Source: Escherichia phage vB_EcoM_CRJP21
Direction: 5' to 3' (one strand)
DNA: 64,000 nucleotides
Sequence record: OQ708376.1
In this document: piece by piece, positions 21,855 through 31,657 of the stretch
Numbering within the stretch: the stretch's first letter is position 1
Layout of the letters: the number at the start of each line of letters is the position of its first letter
Position numbers and translations under genes: made by a program
Notes under the pieces: generated by a model
What the model was told of the DNA's origin: nothing
Database searches by the model: none
The model's input: only the letters and a program-made list of their open reading frames with translations

Positions 21855-22535
21855 TTGCATCTGAGGATACTTATGTTAGTTAATCTTAATTTCATCACTT
21901 CACCTGACTGGGCATTACGTGGAGTTTCTTTAAACTTCAAGGAAACTATGTTTGACTACATTGGTGAGTGTACATTGGTAAATGCAACTTTTGATCCAAA
22001 TCATCCGTTTTGGGCTGAAATTCATGATCCAAATGTAAACAACAATACATCTGTTATGACTATTGTCCAGACTAAACATGCAGGTATCCTTGCAGGTTAT
22101 CGACCTGCACATGCAATTGAACACTTCACTGATTACGATGTCGTGGATGAATACCCAATGATCCATGAAGATGGAAGTCTATACACATCTGAAGACTTCC
22201 GTGCTATCTTTAATAGTACTGATGATATTCTACCAAGTGGACGTCCACGTCCTGAGTCTTATCTTATGCATCCATCTTATGGTGTAGCAGATACGCTTGA
22301 ACAGATTATGAATAAGTACAAGAACCTAATTGAAGGTCCAGAAGAAATTGTCCTGTGCTATCACCCAGTACTGAAGTCTGAACAACCAAAGGATGGTGGA
22401 TGGCGTTGGCATAAGAATGGTGAGTATATCGGTACTAAACGAAGTAAAGAACGTTTTGAGTACTTGTATGATGAGCCAGATGTTGATGTGGTTTTGTGTT
22501 ATAATTTTATTAAGGTGAAAAAGAAATGTATCTAG
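21855..22535 (+). CDS. hypothetical protein (start possibly 21873)
   Basis: ORF with SD gagga. Confidence 0.6.
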   Translation: MHLRILMLVNLNFITSPDWALRGVSLNFKETMFDYIGECTLVNATFDPNHPFWAEIHDPNVNNNTSVMTIVQTKHAGILAGYRPAHAIEHFTDYDVVDEYPMIHEDGSLYTSEDFRAIFNSTDDILPSGRPRPESYLMHPSYGVADTLEQIMNKYKNLIEGPEEIVLCYHPVLKSEQPKDGGWRWHKNGEYIGTKRSKERFEYLYDEPDVDVVLCYNFIKVKKKCI

Positions 22536-22768
22536 TACTAAGTTTTGTTGTTGCACTATTGTTTATGTTCTATCCTACACTAGTGGCATTAGCCACTAGA
22601 CGAACGATGGTAGATCTCACTACTGTATTCTTGCTAAACGTGGCATTAGTACTGGTGTCTATTATCATTCCAGTGAGCTTTACAGTTATTGATATTATTT
22701 CGGTATTACTCTTCGTGTTAAGTTATCTTATGCTTATTGAAGAAACAAATGTTGACAAACGTTCGTAG
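22526..22768 (+). CDS. small membrane protein
   Basis: two hydrophobic helices. Confidence 0.5.
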   Translation: MYLVLSFVVALLFMFYPTLVALATRRTMVDLTTVFLLNVALVLVSIIIPVSFTVIDIISVLLFVLSYLMLIEETNVDKRS

Positions 22769-22779
22769 TACTGTATAAT
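22752..22779 (+). promoter_or_regulatory. sigma70-like early promoter
   Basis: ttgaca-N16-tataat. Confidence 0.6.
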
Positions 22780-22825
22780 GGTTCCTGTAGTCTGAAACTT
22801 AACACTTAAACTTGAGGTAAAAAAT

Positions 22826-23152
22826 ATGCTATCAGTACTAATTTCAATTCCGTCTTTAATTCTGATTTGGCTTCTGGTTTACGAATGCTTTATTACTGAT
22901 GATAATGATAAAAAAGAGTTCTCTGAGTTGTTTATGCTTGATTCACCGATTGTGCGTATTTTCTATACAGTAGTTGTGGTTTCAGTAATTGTATGGGTTT
23001 TGAGTTTTATCTTCCCACTCGGTGCAGTAGTTAAAACTTTGGATTTAGTTGAGAACTTTGTTGCAATTATGTGGCTAATCAAAGCACTATTTGCAGGAAA
23101 TGTTAAAATTTGGATTGATATTATCAAATTCAAGTTCACGAATAAGATGTAA
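22826..23152 (+). CDS. small membrane protein
   Basis: hydrophobic helices. Confidence 0.55.
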   Translation: MLSVLISIPSLILIWLLVYECFITDDNDKKEFSELFMLDSPIVRIFYTVVVVSVIVWVLSFIFPLGAVVKTLDLVENFVAIMWLIKALFAGNVKIWIDIIKFKFTNKM

Positions 23153-23230
23153 CAGTGAAAATATCTCTATAGTATTAAATACTTCTGTACATATATATAG
23201 TACAGAAGTATTTCTCGTTAGAGGTTTGTT

Positions 23231-23590
23231 ATGAAGAGTTATATAAAATTAATAGCACTTGTGTGTGCATTATTTTCATGTTTTAGTTATGGTGCAGCAG
23301 CAGAAACATATTGTCGTAGTACTAAGGGAACGTGGCATGTATTGACTAACGACCCTAGAAATGGTAAAAATATAGTTGTTGATGGTGTGATTTATCGTTT
23401 TAAAGTAGAAAGTATTATCGGTAATAAAAAAATCTCGACTTATAGAGATGATTCTGGTACATTAGCAAACGTAATATTAATTGTAGACCCAAGAACTGGT
23501 AATGGTGATATCTATATAGTAATTTACTTGGACTCATCGGTACGCCGTGACCTAGATATAGATAAATTGAACTTACACTGTGAAATATAG
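23231..23590 (+). CDS. secreted hypothetical protein
   Basis: signal peptide; resembles 23982..24332 (paralogs). Confidence 0.6.
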   Translation: MKSYIKLIALVCALFSCFSYGAAAETYCRSTKGTWHVLTNDPRNGKNIVVDGVIYRFKVESIIGNKKISTYRDDSGTLANVILIVDPRTGNGDIYIVIYLDSSVRRDLDIDKLNLHCEI

Positions 23591-23601
23591 GACTTAAAAA
23601 A

Positions 23602-23979
23602 ATGGTAAACACTATTTTACTTTTGTTGTTGAATATTCCAATTATTCTGTCTTTTTTAATTTCTATTTTTATGGCAGGATATTGTTTAGTTGCAGTAATT
23701 CATTTCATTTTAACAAACAAATATGTCCTAATTTCTAAGCTTGATTCTATTTTTGCTTGCGATTCGATTGCTTATAACTTGTGGTTAATTTGTTCTTGCA
23801 TTATGGGAGTAACTTTCCTTCTGTATGTATTTGATGTCCTTGACCAAAAGTTCGTATACATCAGTACTGGATTGGCTCTTTATCCTGCTACGTGGTACTT
23901 GATTTACGTTGGTGATATATGGTATAGTACTTATAAAGAATATCAGTACAAGAAATCACTTAACGTTGGAGGAAAATAA
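23602..23979 (+). CDS. membrane protein
   Basis: hydrophobic helices. Confidence 0.55.
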   Translation: MVNTILLLLLNIPIILSFLISIFMAGYCLVAVIHFILTNKYVLISKLDSIFACDSIAYNLWLICSCIMGVTFLLYVFDVLDQKFVYISTGLALYPATWYLIYVGDIWYSTYKEYQYKKSLNVGGK

Positions 23980-23981
23980 TC

Positions 23982-24332
23982 ATGAAAATTATTTTATTTT
24001 TTGTATGTATGTTAATGTGTGGATTGTCATATGCTGAACCATTGGAAGGTTTAGTTTGTACAGATGGTAATATTAAACATATCTATCAAGGTGATAGTGA
24101 CGATCGAGATATTGTATATATTGATGGACAATCATATACGTTTGTTAAAGAGCATACAGTAGGCGACATTAGCTTCACTGAGTTTTCTAACGACACAGAC
24201 CCTAACTTCTTAGCGTTTATTGAAGTAGATGTATATGAAGATAGTAATGGCACACAATATGCTAAATTAGTTATGATGCGTCGTGGTGCTAAAGAAACTA
24301 GTTTTGGTGGCTTGTGTAAATATAAGGATTGA
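23982..24332 (+). CDS. secreted hypothetical protein
   Basis: signal peptide; shared DG..Y.F pattern with 23231..23590. Confidence 0.6.
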   Translation: MKIILFFVCMLMCGLSYAEPLEGLVCTDGNIKHIYQGDSDDRDIVYIDGQSYTFVKEHTVGDISFTEFSNDTDPNFLAFIEVDVYEDSNGTQYAKLVMMRRGAKETSFGGLCKYKD

Positions 24333-24336
24333 TATT

Positions 24337-24528
24337 ATGTTGATTTATCAAAGTGATAATATTCGTGTTATGCAGCATCCCTACTTACAAATCTTTGATG
24401 TGCAGCAGTATATGGAAGGTGATGACCCAAGAACCTATGGTCGTAAGTATGATTACTTCACTGTAAAGCAGTGTAAAAATATTAACGAAGTACGACAATT
24501 AGTTCAAGAACTTCAAAACAAAGGTTGA
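24337..24528 (+). CDS. hypothetical small protein
   Basis: trimmed from track ORF 24283. Confidence 0.4.
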   Translation: MLIYQSDNIRVMQHPYLQIFDVQQYMEGDDPRTYGRKYDYFTVKQCKNINEVRQLVQELQNKG

Positions 24529-24554
24529 CTTCGGTCAGCCTTTTTTGTTATAAT
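24522..24554 (+). promoter_or_regulatory. PeSL-like cassette: terminator hairpin (UUCG loop) fused to early promoter
   Basis: ggttgac-ttcg-gtcagcc then T-run then tataat; TTGAC of the stem doubles as -35. Confidence 0.6.
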
Positions 24555-24582
24555 TCTCTTAATAAATTAGAGGATTTTAATT

Positions 24583-25023
24583 ATGTATGTATATCGTTTT
24601 GAACTTAAATTCAGTTACATTGAACCTAACTTAGAACCTGCACGAACTGTAGGTCCGTTTGCACGGTATTCAACCAGATACAGTACTAAAAATGGATTTG
24701 ACCGTTTGCTTATGACTACACCTTCTCAATTCCAACCTGAACCAACTGAGGATGGGATCTATTCAATCAAAAGTGGATGGGTATTTGGCTGTCAAAGTTT
24801 GAAAGATTTGTTCAGATTCTTCACTATGGACTTGGGTAAATTGCATCGTGCTGGGTTTGCTATATCTGTATATGAAGTTCCAGACCACCATGTAGACATT
24901 GGTCGTAATCAGGTTCAGTACTATTGCGGTAGTGCTAAATTAGTTCGTATCATGTCAGTTAAGGAAGCAAAGGATGAGTTCCGACAAAGTAAAAGAGAAA
25001 CACATGAGGTAATATATGGATAA
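24583..25023 (+). CDS. hypothetical protein (146 aa)
   Basis: ORF after PeSL. Confidence 0.6.
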   Translation: MYVYRFELKFSYIEPNLEPARTVGPFARYSTRYSTKNGFDRLLMTTPSQFQPEPTEDGIYSIKSGWVFGCQSLKDLFRFFTMDLGKLHRAGFAISVYEVPDHHVDIGRNQVQYYCGSAKLVRIMSVKEAKDEFRQSKRETHEVIYG

Positions 25024-25360
25024 AACTCAAATAGAATTAAAGAAATTTGTTTCATTCTATCTTCCTGATGACCCACGTAATTCACAAAAAGATATTGAAT
25101 ATTATAATATCCTATCTAAACAGTTAATGAGAAAGTTTCAACAGTGTTTAACTATATTCAATACAGATGGAAGACGTAGATACCGAATCGTTTCAATGAA
25201 TGATGAAAACGCAAATTTCTTTGATTACGATGTAGTTTTTAGAGCATATAATGATGATCGTATAAAATTAAATTATGATCAAATTATACTTGACCTGAAT
25301 GTTATATGTGTTATAATCACTCACGTAGCCGAACTTAATGGTTTTAAAGAATGGTATTGA
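25016..25360 (+). CDS. hypothetical protein (114 aa)
   Basis: ORF. Confidence 0.55.
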   Translation: MDKTQIELKKFVSFYLPDDPRNSQKDIEYYNILSKQLMRKFQQCLTIFNTDGRRRYRIVSMNDENANFFDYDVVFRAYNDDRIKLNYDQIILDLNVICVIITHVAELNGFKEWY

Positions 25361-25374
25361 ATAGAGGATAACAT

Positions 25375-25641
25375 ATGAAGCTTAAATTACAATATAATGG
25401 ATTTACTTTACGTAATGATACTGAATTTATTAATCGTTCTCCTGGTGCTGAACTGTTTTTACGAGAGATGAACATTCCTTTCATCATTACTACAGTGGGC
25501 GACCGTGAAGTTCTACAATATGCAGAGCATCCGATTATTGATGTTCCTTGGTACTCTGAGCATATGTACATGGATATGGCACGTCGCTACAACTGTAAGT
25601 TCGTAGTTGAAGGTGATAAAATTACAGTCGAATTTAAATAA
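25375..25641 (+). CDS. hypothetical protein (88 aa)
   Basis: ORF. Confidence 0.55.
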   Translation: MKLKLQYNGFTLRNDTEFINRSPGAELFLREMNIPFIITTVGDREVLQYAEHPIIDVPWYSEHMYMDMARRYNCKFVVEGDKITVEFK

Positions 25642-25653
25642 GGTAAATTAAAA

Positions 25654-25947
25654 ATGATCAGTACTTCAGTTAATGAAAGCATCGTCGCTGACGTAGAAAT
25701 GGTTAAAGAATGTGCAGATGAAACTCTTCGTGATATGTACATTAATGATTTAATTACTGAATACGGTAGTCGTGGTGTACACGAATTTATTCGTTTAAGT
25801 GGAGAGTTGATGAAAAATCGAATTCGTATGAAGCTTAACGTACATCCAAAAGCATGGGCATTTACATTAAAATACGCAGAAGATATTGTTAATTTGCGTC
25901 GAACTGAAGTATATGAACGTTTGCACAATGGTATGTTAGATAAATGA
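25654..25947 (+). CDS. hypothetical protein (97 aa)
   Basis: ORF. Confidence 0.55.
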   Translation: MISTSVNESIVADVEMVKECADETLRDMYINDLITEYGSRGVHEFIRLSGELMKNRIRMKLNVHPKAWAFTLKYAEDIVNLRRTEVYERLHNGMLDK

Positions 25948-25999
25948 TTGTAAAATAGGAATTCTTAAATGAATTCCTTTTTGTTTATAAGGTATAGTA

Positions 26000-26221
26000 A
26001 TGAAATATATAGTACTTGTACTGATATTATTCAGTACTGTTGTAAGTGCTAAACAAAAAGAATATGTTAAATGTATAAATTATGAAGAGAAATATGTTGA
26101 AACATATAAAAAAAGTATAATTAAAAACGTTTCGATTACTAACAGAGCAACAATCATTGTACTTAAAAATGGGTTAATTATGCTATATAAACCACACGTT
26201 AAATGTGAAATTATTAATTGA
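26000..26221 (+). CDS. secreted small protein
   Basis: signal peptide MKYIVLVLILFSTVVSA. Confidence 0.5.
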   Translation: MKYIVLVLILFSTVVSAKQKEYVKCINYEEKYVETYKKSIIKNVSITNRATIIVLKNGLIMLYKPHVKCEIIN

Positions 26222-26228
26222 GGAAATT

Positions 26229-26801
26229 ATGAATCGTAAAGGTCGTTTTAAAGTATCAAAAAAGAACAAAAGTTCTAGGTTTAAACCTATTGTTTTAACA
26301 GTTAAATCTAACAAAGATTTAACTGCACTTAGTAAAAAGATAATTTCATCTAAGATTGAAGTATCATACGTAAATTCATTAAAATATATGAATGTCAAAC
26401 CACTGGACCAACTCATTTCACTTATATTTGAACGTAATGATTTTGAGATATCAGTAGATGATTATAGAGCCTATAATGCTGGTTTCATTAATGTTACTTG
26501 TAATAAAAAACTAACTGAGTTGGAAAATTTGTCATGTATAATAAATCTAGATAAAGGTGTTGTGAAGTACCATTTTGTACATTTCACTAATATCAATAAT
26601 GGAATGGGTGTACAATCCAGACCTATAGTGCCTACGTGTGATGTTACTAAATTAGCAAAGCTCAATGATGAAGAATATTTTCAAGAAAGCATTGTAACTG
26701 AGCATTTAGATGATATAATAGCTACTTACAAAGAATGCATATGGGTGTTGAATGCTATAAAACCTAAATTGTGTTTAATGAATATTGTTCGTGATTTATG
26801 A
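26229..26801 (+). CDS. hypothetical protein, EEYFQ-motif family
   Basis: trimmed from track ORF 26205; C-terminal DEEYFQESIVTE. Confidence 0.55.
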   Translation: MNRKGRFKVSKKNKSSRFKPIVLTVKSNKDLTALSKKIISSKIEVSYVNSLKYMNVKPLDQLISLIFERNDFEISVDDYRAYNAGFINVTCNKKLTELENLSCIINLDKGVVKYHFVHFTNINNGMGVQSRPIVPTCDVTKLAKLNDEEYFQESIVTEHLDDIIATYKECIWVLNAIKPKLCLMNIVRDL

Positions 26802-26814
26802 ATGGGGAATCGTA

Positions 26815-27258
26815 ATGAGTTGGGTAAATGTTAATAGTATTGAACTTAACGAACAAGATATTTTTGCATTTGTAAATTTAACTAATAACACAGTACTAAA
26901 AGGGCGTTTGTTCAGTGCTAGTGATGGGTACAAATGGATCTCTTTGATGGATGATAGTGGTGTGATTTATAATGTAATGCAATTACCCCAATGGGTATAT
27001 AGTAACACTGCTGACGATGTTCTTACCGCAGTTATGCGTGAGTTTGAAAAACTCCCAGGTGGTGATATCAAAAACAAAGTTTTTAATGCAGAACGTAAAA
27101 ATTATACAGCACAGCAATTGGAATCCCTTGCCATTGCTGCTTATCAAGCTGCTATTAAGAAGCCAGAGTGCGTTATTCTTAAGTATGTACCAGACTTAAA
27201 ACTTACGTTGGAAGACATGGATGCATTCATTTTTACATCTGAACTTGAACAGTACTAA
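26815..27258 (+). CDS. hypothetical protein
   Basis: trimmed from track ORF 26785. Confidence 0.55.
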   Translation: MSWVNVNSIELNEQDIFAFVNLTNNTVLKGRLFSASDGYKWISLMDDSGVIYNVMQLPQWVYSNTADDVLTAVMREFEKLPGGDIKNKVFNAERKNYTAQQLESLAIAAYQAAIKKPECVILKYVPDLKLTLEDMDAFIFTSELEQY

Positions 27259-27373
27259 TTTAACTTTGGGACAACCATTCTTATTATGATATAATGTTTT
27301 ATGTCATTCGATATAAATGACAACGGAACTATAAATATTATAGTAAAATTTATCTCTTATAGGAGTTATAAAA

Positions 27374-27757
27374 ATGGTTGATAAATGGAATAAGAAAGAT
27401 CCATCACATGATGTTGATATTTCTGGTCTAGACAATGCACATAAGCACAAGTATCTAGATTCACTAGGTCTTCTAAAACCAGACCAAAGTCTTGCACATG
27501 ATCGTCCATCCCGTGAAAAAGCATTTAGCCTAGAATCACTAGGTCATGAGCTTAATCGTGTGTTTGAGGATCACCCAATCTATGTACGTGATATTATCGA
27601 GAAACTTAAAGTAACTCCTAAAGAGCACTTTAAAGCAACTGTACACTCTGCATTCCGTGCATTGCATGATTCTCTAAAGAAAACTCACAATCTTCGTAAA
27701 ATTCATGATGAAATCGTGAATGCAATCGAAAGTGAAAAACATAAGTTCAAGAAGTAA
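27374..27757 (+). CDS. hypothetical basic protein (127 aa)
   Basis: SD aggag; shares Y(L/V)(D/N)SLGLL motif with 28004..29515. Confidence 0.65.
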   Translation: MVDKWNKKDPSHDVDISGLDNAHKHKYLDSLGLLKPDQSLAHDRPSREKAFSLESLGHELNRVFEDHPIYVRDIIEKLKVTPKEHFKATVHSAFRALHDSLKKTHNLRKIHDEIVNAIESEKHKFKK

Positions 27758-27763
27758 TAAAAA

Positions 27764-27797
27764 GGGGTTGACTAAGGTCAGCCCTTTGTTGTATCAT
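27764..27797 (+). promoter_or_regulatory. PeSL-like cassette (variant loop TAAG)
   Basis: gggttgac-taag-gtcagccc then tatcat. Confidence 0.5.
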
Positions 27798-27827
27798 AAC
27801 TTCTCAATATAACTGAGGTATCATATA

Positions 27828-27941
27828 TGCAAGGTTTGAAATTTGTAGTTGCTGCACTCATCGCCGCAGTTCTGGTTGGTGGTGTATTCTATGTAGTGGA
27901 TCAAAAAGTAAATCCACCTGCACAAGAACAATCTAAGTAAC
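27828..27941 (+). CDS. small membrane peptide (37 aa)
   Basis: hand-translated MQGLKFVVAALIAAVLVGGVFYVV...; between two PeSLs. Confidence 0.35.
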
Positions 27942-27946
27942 AAAAT

Positions 27947-27986
27947 AAGGTTGACTTCGGTCAGCCTTTTCTTTATACTATAAATA
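27947..27986 (+). promoter_or_regulatory. PeSL-like cassette plus T4 late-promoter-like TATAAATA
   Basis: ggttgac-ttcg-gtcagcc; tataaata at 27979-27986. Confidence 0.55.
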
Positions 27987-28003
27987 TAGTCATAGAGAAA
28001 AAA

Positions 28004-29515
28004 ATGAAATCTATGGAGAGAAATCAAATGCCAAGTAATTTTACTGATAAAAATGGTGGTAACATGGCTGGTCACTCTGATAAATGGAGTGAACGCAACC
28101 GCCGTCCAAATAGTTATCAAGCAGGTCAAGGTTCACGTGGGTCACGTAACCAAGGAACTGGTCTAGCTGGTAAAGCAAACGCAGAAGCAGGTGAAGTTAA
28201 GAGTACTGAGAACATGACTGAGCTAGAAAAGCTACGTTATGTTAACTCATTAGGTCTTCTTAACGCAACACAAAAACAACGCCTTGCTGATATGGAACGT
28301 GCTGAGAAAGAACAAGCAGTTCCTAAAGAAGAACCAAAAGCAGAAGTACCTAAAGCTGCTAACCCTGTTAAAGAGTTATCAGATAACTTAGGTAAGATCT
28401 TTGCTAACAAACCACAGTTGATTCAGGGTATTGTCAAAGCACTACAGGCAGTTCCTAAAGAAGAACTCAAAGGTAAAGCACAAGCTGTACTTGATGTAAT
28501 GAAAGGTAATAAGAGCACTGAACCAACTGAAGTATTCAGTACTATCATGCGTGCACTTGAAGGTACACACAAAGAAGATTCCAAAGAACCTGAACAGGGT
28601 GAAGCAAGTCTTGATGGTATTCTTAAAACTTTTGATAATATTGGTAAAGCAGACCGTGCTAATGCCCAGCAAGTCAAGAATGTACTGGCTAAACTTGAAA
28701 ACCGTTTAGAAGGTAAAGACAATAAGGTTAAGCTCGTATCAGATGCAGTTAACAGTGCACTTAAATCTTATGTACAAGGTGAGAAAAGTCGCTTCGTAAC
28801 AGCTATGGATGCTGCATTCAACACTATGAAAAAGTATGAAGCAGAACATGGTGAGAAGGTAACACCAGATGGTTATCTAAAGCGTGCAGATGAAGAGGGT
28901 GCAGTTGAACAGAAAGATGTTGAGCCTGAGCAAGAAGAAATACCTGATACCGTTGATATGGATGGATACATTCATCGTCCTGAGATGGAAGAGTTTGGGT
29001 CAGATAAAGAAGGTTTTGAACATGCAATGGCAGTATATAAAGCATTAGTTAAAAATCCAGATTATGCTAACCGTTTTGTTGACGAGTTTGATAGTGCATG
29101 GAATAACTACAAAGAGAAAGGTTATGACTTCCCTGCTGAAGCTGCATTCTTTGAACTTGGTAAACTATTAGCTAAACATGGAATTGACGTTGGTTCATCT
29201 GATTCCGAAGGTATGGAAGAAGAACATCTTGAAATGACCGATAAATCAATTCATGAACTTCAAAAGCTAATGATGTGGATATCCGAGATTGGCAAAAAAG
29301 CAGGTGCTGATCGTAAAAGTATCAACAAAAACATTAGTTGGATTAAAGATAATGTTGGTAACAATGCTCGTAAACTTCAAAAGGCGTGGGCTGATTTAGT
29401 AAATGGTGCAGATGATGTTGACATTGAATCACCAGAAGCATATGAGTATGCACTAACTACACTTGATAACTCATTCAAAGAGTACGACAGTGGTGTTGGA
29501 AAGGATAAAAAATAA
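28004..29515 (+). CDS. hypothetical charged, low-complexity protein (503 aa)
   Basis: K/E/A-rich; repeats of VPKEE/PKAEVPK. Confidence 0.7.
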   Translation: MKSMERNQMPSNFTDKNGGNMAGHSDKWSERNRRPNSYQAGQGSRGSRNQGTGLAGKANAEAGEVKSTENMTELEKLRYVNSLGLLNATQKQRLADMERAEKEQAVPKEEPKAEVPKAANPVKELSDNLGKIFANKPQLIQGIVKALQAVPKEELKGKAQAVLDVMKGNKSTEPTEVFSTIMRALEGTHKEDSKEPEQGEASLDGILKTFDNIGKADRANAQQVKNVLAKLENRLEGKDNKVKLVSDAVNSALKSYVQGEKSRFVTAMDAAFNTMKKYEAEHGEKVTPDGYLKRADEEGAVEQKDVEPEQEEIPDTVDMDGYIHRPEMEEFGSDKEGFEHAMAVYKALVKNPDYANRFVDEFDSAWNNYKEKGYDFPAEAAFFELGKLLAKHGIDVGSSDSEGMEEEHLEMTDKSIHELQKLMMWISEIGKKAGADRKSINKNISWIKDNVGNNARKLQKAWADLVNGADDVDIESPEAYEYALTTLDNSFKEYDSGVGKDKK

Positions 29516-29523
29516 ACATTTAA

Positions 29524-29556
29524 AAGGTTGACTTCGGTCAACCTTTTTTTGTAAAT
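29524..29556 (+). promoter_or_regulatory. PeSL-like cassette
   Basis: perfect hairpin ggttgac-ttcg-gtcaacc then T7. Confidence 0.6.
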
Positions 29557-29586
29557 ATAAAAGAGGAATTAAGAAGAGGGATTACA

Positions 29587-29838
29587 ATGAAAAAATATAT
29601 TATATTTGGAATTGTATTATTTTCCAGTACTAGTTATGGTGCAGATTATCATTGCTCCGTAGCAAGACAGGATTTCAGAAATGGGGATTTCTATACCACT
29701 TCATACACAAAAGGAATAATACACGACATCGACACAACTATTGGATTTAATGCATTTGATAACAAAGATTCATATACTTCAGGTATACTATCTGAGCGTA
29801 AGACTGATGTAATGGGAATAGAAAAAGAGTTCCGGTGA
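29587..29838 (+). CDS. secreted small protein
   Basis: signal peptide. Confidence 0.55.
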   Translation: MKKYIIFGIVLFSSTSYGADYHCSVARQDFRNGDFYTTSYTKGIIHDIDTTIGFNAFDNKDSYTSGILSERKTDVMGIEKEFR

Positions 29839-29848
29839 TTCAGTAGCA

Positions 29849-30172
29849 ATGTGCAATGACATTGAAAGTACTAAAACAATTTATTATAATAATGAACGTA
29901 ATTATCGTTTTCATAATTTAACCACAAATAAAAGTTTACTATTTTACAATTGTAAAGAAGTAAAACTCCCACCCGACAATAGCTGTAACCCGACGAACCC
30001 ATCACCAGCACAATGTAATACTCAATCTGAACCTGATAACAATAAAAAAGACAAAGATAAAGATAAAAAAGAAGACAAAAAACCTTTAAAAGATAAAAAG
30101 AAAGATAAAAAACCTAATCCGTTTAAAAATAATAAACCAGCACAACCCGATATGACGTGTAAAATAAAATAA
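29849..30172 (+). CDS. hypothetical protein with K/D-rich repeat (KDKDKDKKEDKK)
   Basis: ORF. Confidence 0.5.
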   Translation: MCNDIESTKTIYYNNERNYRFHNLTTNKSLLFYNCKEVKLPPDNSCNPTNPSPAQCNTQSEPDNNKKDKDKDKKEDKKPLKDKKKDKKPNPFKNNKPAQPDMTCKIK

Positions 30173-30181
30173 GGATATATA

Positions 30182-30601
30182 ATGAAAAAGATTTTTTTAA
30201 GTATTATTTTAGTACTTTTTAGTTTTAATGTATATGCAGCAGATGCTAAACAGGTTGCAAATACAGTAAAAGATGTTATAGTAGATAATGCTCCTACATT
30301 AGAGGAAATTGGGGTAAAAACTTGTGATATAGTAATATATAATTTAGTTAATGATGAACGAGTTATGTTGAATACGTATGAACAAGTAGTCCCATTGGTT
30401 GAATCTGGTGATGCTTTTAGCTTTACATATAAAGTTAAATTAACAGGAGGGGTTGAAGTTAATCTTGACATTGATACCGCTTCAGTACTAAAAGATAAAC
30501 TAGGATATGTGTTCAATCGTATTCGTGAAGAAGGTCATCTTAAGTATGTTTATGAAAGTAAAATACTAAAACGTGCAATAGTTATAGAAAACTGTAAATG
30601 A
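30182..30601 (+). CDS. secreted hypothetical protein
   Basis: signal peptide ...NVYAADAK. Confidence 0.6.
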   Translation: MKKIFLSIILVLFSFNVYAADAKQVANTVKDVIVDNAPTLEEIGVKTCDIVIYNLVNDERVMLNTYEQVVPLVESGDAFSFTYKVKLTGGVEVNLDIDTASVLKDKLGYVFNRIREEGHLKYVYESKILKRAIVIENCK

Positions 30602-30608
30602 TAATAAA

Positions 30609-30642
30609 AGGGTTGACTTCGGTCAGCCTTTTTTGTTATGAT
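30609..30642 (+). promoter_or_regulatory. PeSL-like cassette
   Basis: gggttgac-ttcg-gtcagcc then T-run then tatgat. Confidence 0.6.
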
Positions 30643-30670
30643 GTTGATATTAACTACAGAGGATAAAGTA

Positions 30671-31312
30671 ATGACTAAGCAAGAAATATTCAAAACTTTA
30701 ATTGACATTTTGCGTCCATCAAAAACTCGTTGTGCGATGGAGTTTGATATTCCTTATGCTGAACGCGTAATCTTTCCACAAGTTAAAGCTGCTGGACTTA
30801 CTTTGCTTGGAATGGGGATGTACTCTGTAGTAGTTGAACATAAAAACTATCCTGGACGAGCATTTAAAGTAACCACTTCACGCTGGGATGGTTTTCGTGC
30901 TTATGCAAAGTACTGCATTGAAAACGCAGGAACCAAGTTTCTTCCAGTGATCTACAGTGCCAACGAACAAGGAAACTTTGGATGGTATGAGATGGACAAG
31001 TACTATCCTATAATTAAACAAAAAAATAATTATGATGACTTTGTTAGTACTAAAATTGGAGATTTGTATTCGTATGCACATGCTGGTCAGTACGCAACTT
31101 CAGTGAATGATATGCGTGGAAATTCTGAAGAGATTGCTATTGCAACGGTCGCTGCTAACATCATGAAAGAGTTTCACGGGCGTTTTGTACCAGACATTCA
31201 TTCAAGTAATGTGATGATGGATAAAGATGGGAATGTATTCATTACTGATCCTCTTTCGTGTGATGTGCGTAGAGAAATACCAATTACTGAAGAAGATCCA
31301 GTTTTTTATTGA
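30671..31312 (+). CDS. protein-kinase-like fold candidate (213 aa)
   Basis: G-loop-like GMGMYSVV, AFKV, catalytic-loop-like DIHSSNVMMDKDGNVFITDP. Confidence 0.4.
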   Translation: MTKQEIFKTLIDILRPSKTRCAMEFDIPYAERVIFPQVKAAGLTLLGMGMYSVVVEHKNYPGRAFKVTTSRWDGFRAYAKYCIENAGTKFLPVIYSANEQGNFGWYEMDKYYPIIKQKNNYDDFVSTKIGDLYSYAHAGQYATSVNDMRGNSEEIAIATVAANIMKEFHGRFVPDIHSSNVMMDKDGNVFITDPLSCDVRREIPITEEDPVFY

Positions 31313-31373
31313 CAGAACTGATGTTCTGATGTATTCTTAATAAACCATAAAAATTGCGGTAAAGGATAAAATC

Positions 31374-31655
31374 ATGCGTTCATTTGAAAACTTAATAGGT
31401 AAGCATCTTTTATCTGAAATTGATGCAGACGTTAAAGAATTATCCAAATCAAAAAGTTACATTCATTTGGATGAACTGTTTGTTAAGTACGGTGAGATTG
31501 GTTTTAAGTCATTATTTGTTTTTACTATGAAAGTACATAGTTTAAAGTACTTCGATTTGAGTGCTAAAGATGGTGAACCGAATCTATATTACATGTATTA
31601 CCTTAAGAACAAAGATGAAGCTAATACATTACTCTCTGAATATATATTGGGGTAA
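31374..31655 (+). CDS. hypothetical protein (93 aa)
   Basis: ORF with SD aaggataaaa. Confidence 0.55.
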   Translation: MRSFENLIGKHLLSEIDADVKELSKSKSYIHLDELFVKYGEIGFKSLFVFTMKVHSLKYFDLSAKDGEPNLYYMYYLKNKDEANTLLSEYILG

Positions 31656-31657
31656 AA

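Noticed and set aside
28423-29045. Minus-strand ORFs 28423..28722, 28442..28672 and 28824..29045
   Set aside because: They lie antisense within the 503-aa plus-strand gene; low-complexity antisense frames are expected to be open by chance.
30022-30516. Minus-strand ORF 30022..30516 (164 aa)
   Set aside because: Antisense to two plus-strand secreted-protein genes that have signal peptides and SD sequences; no start context.
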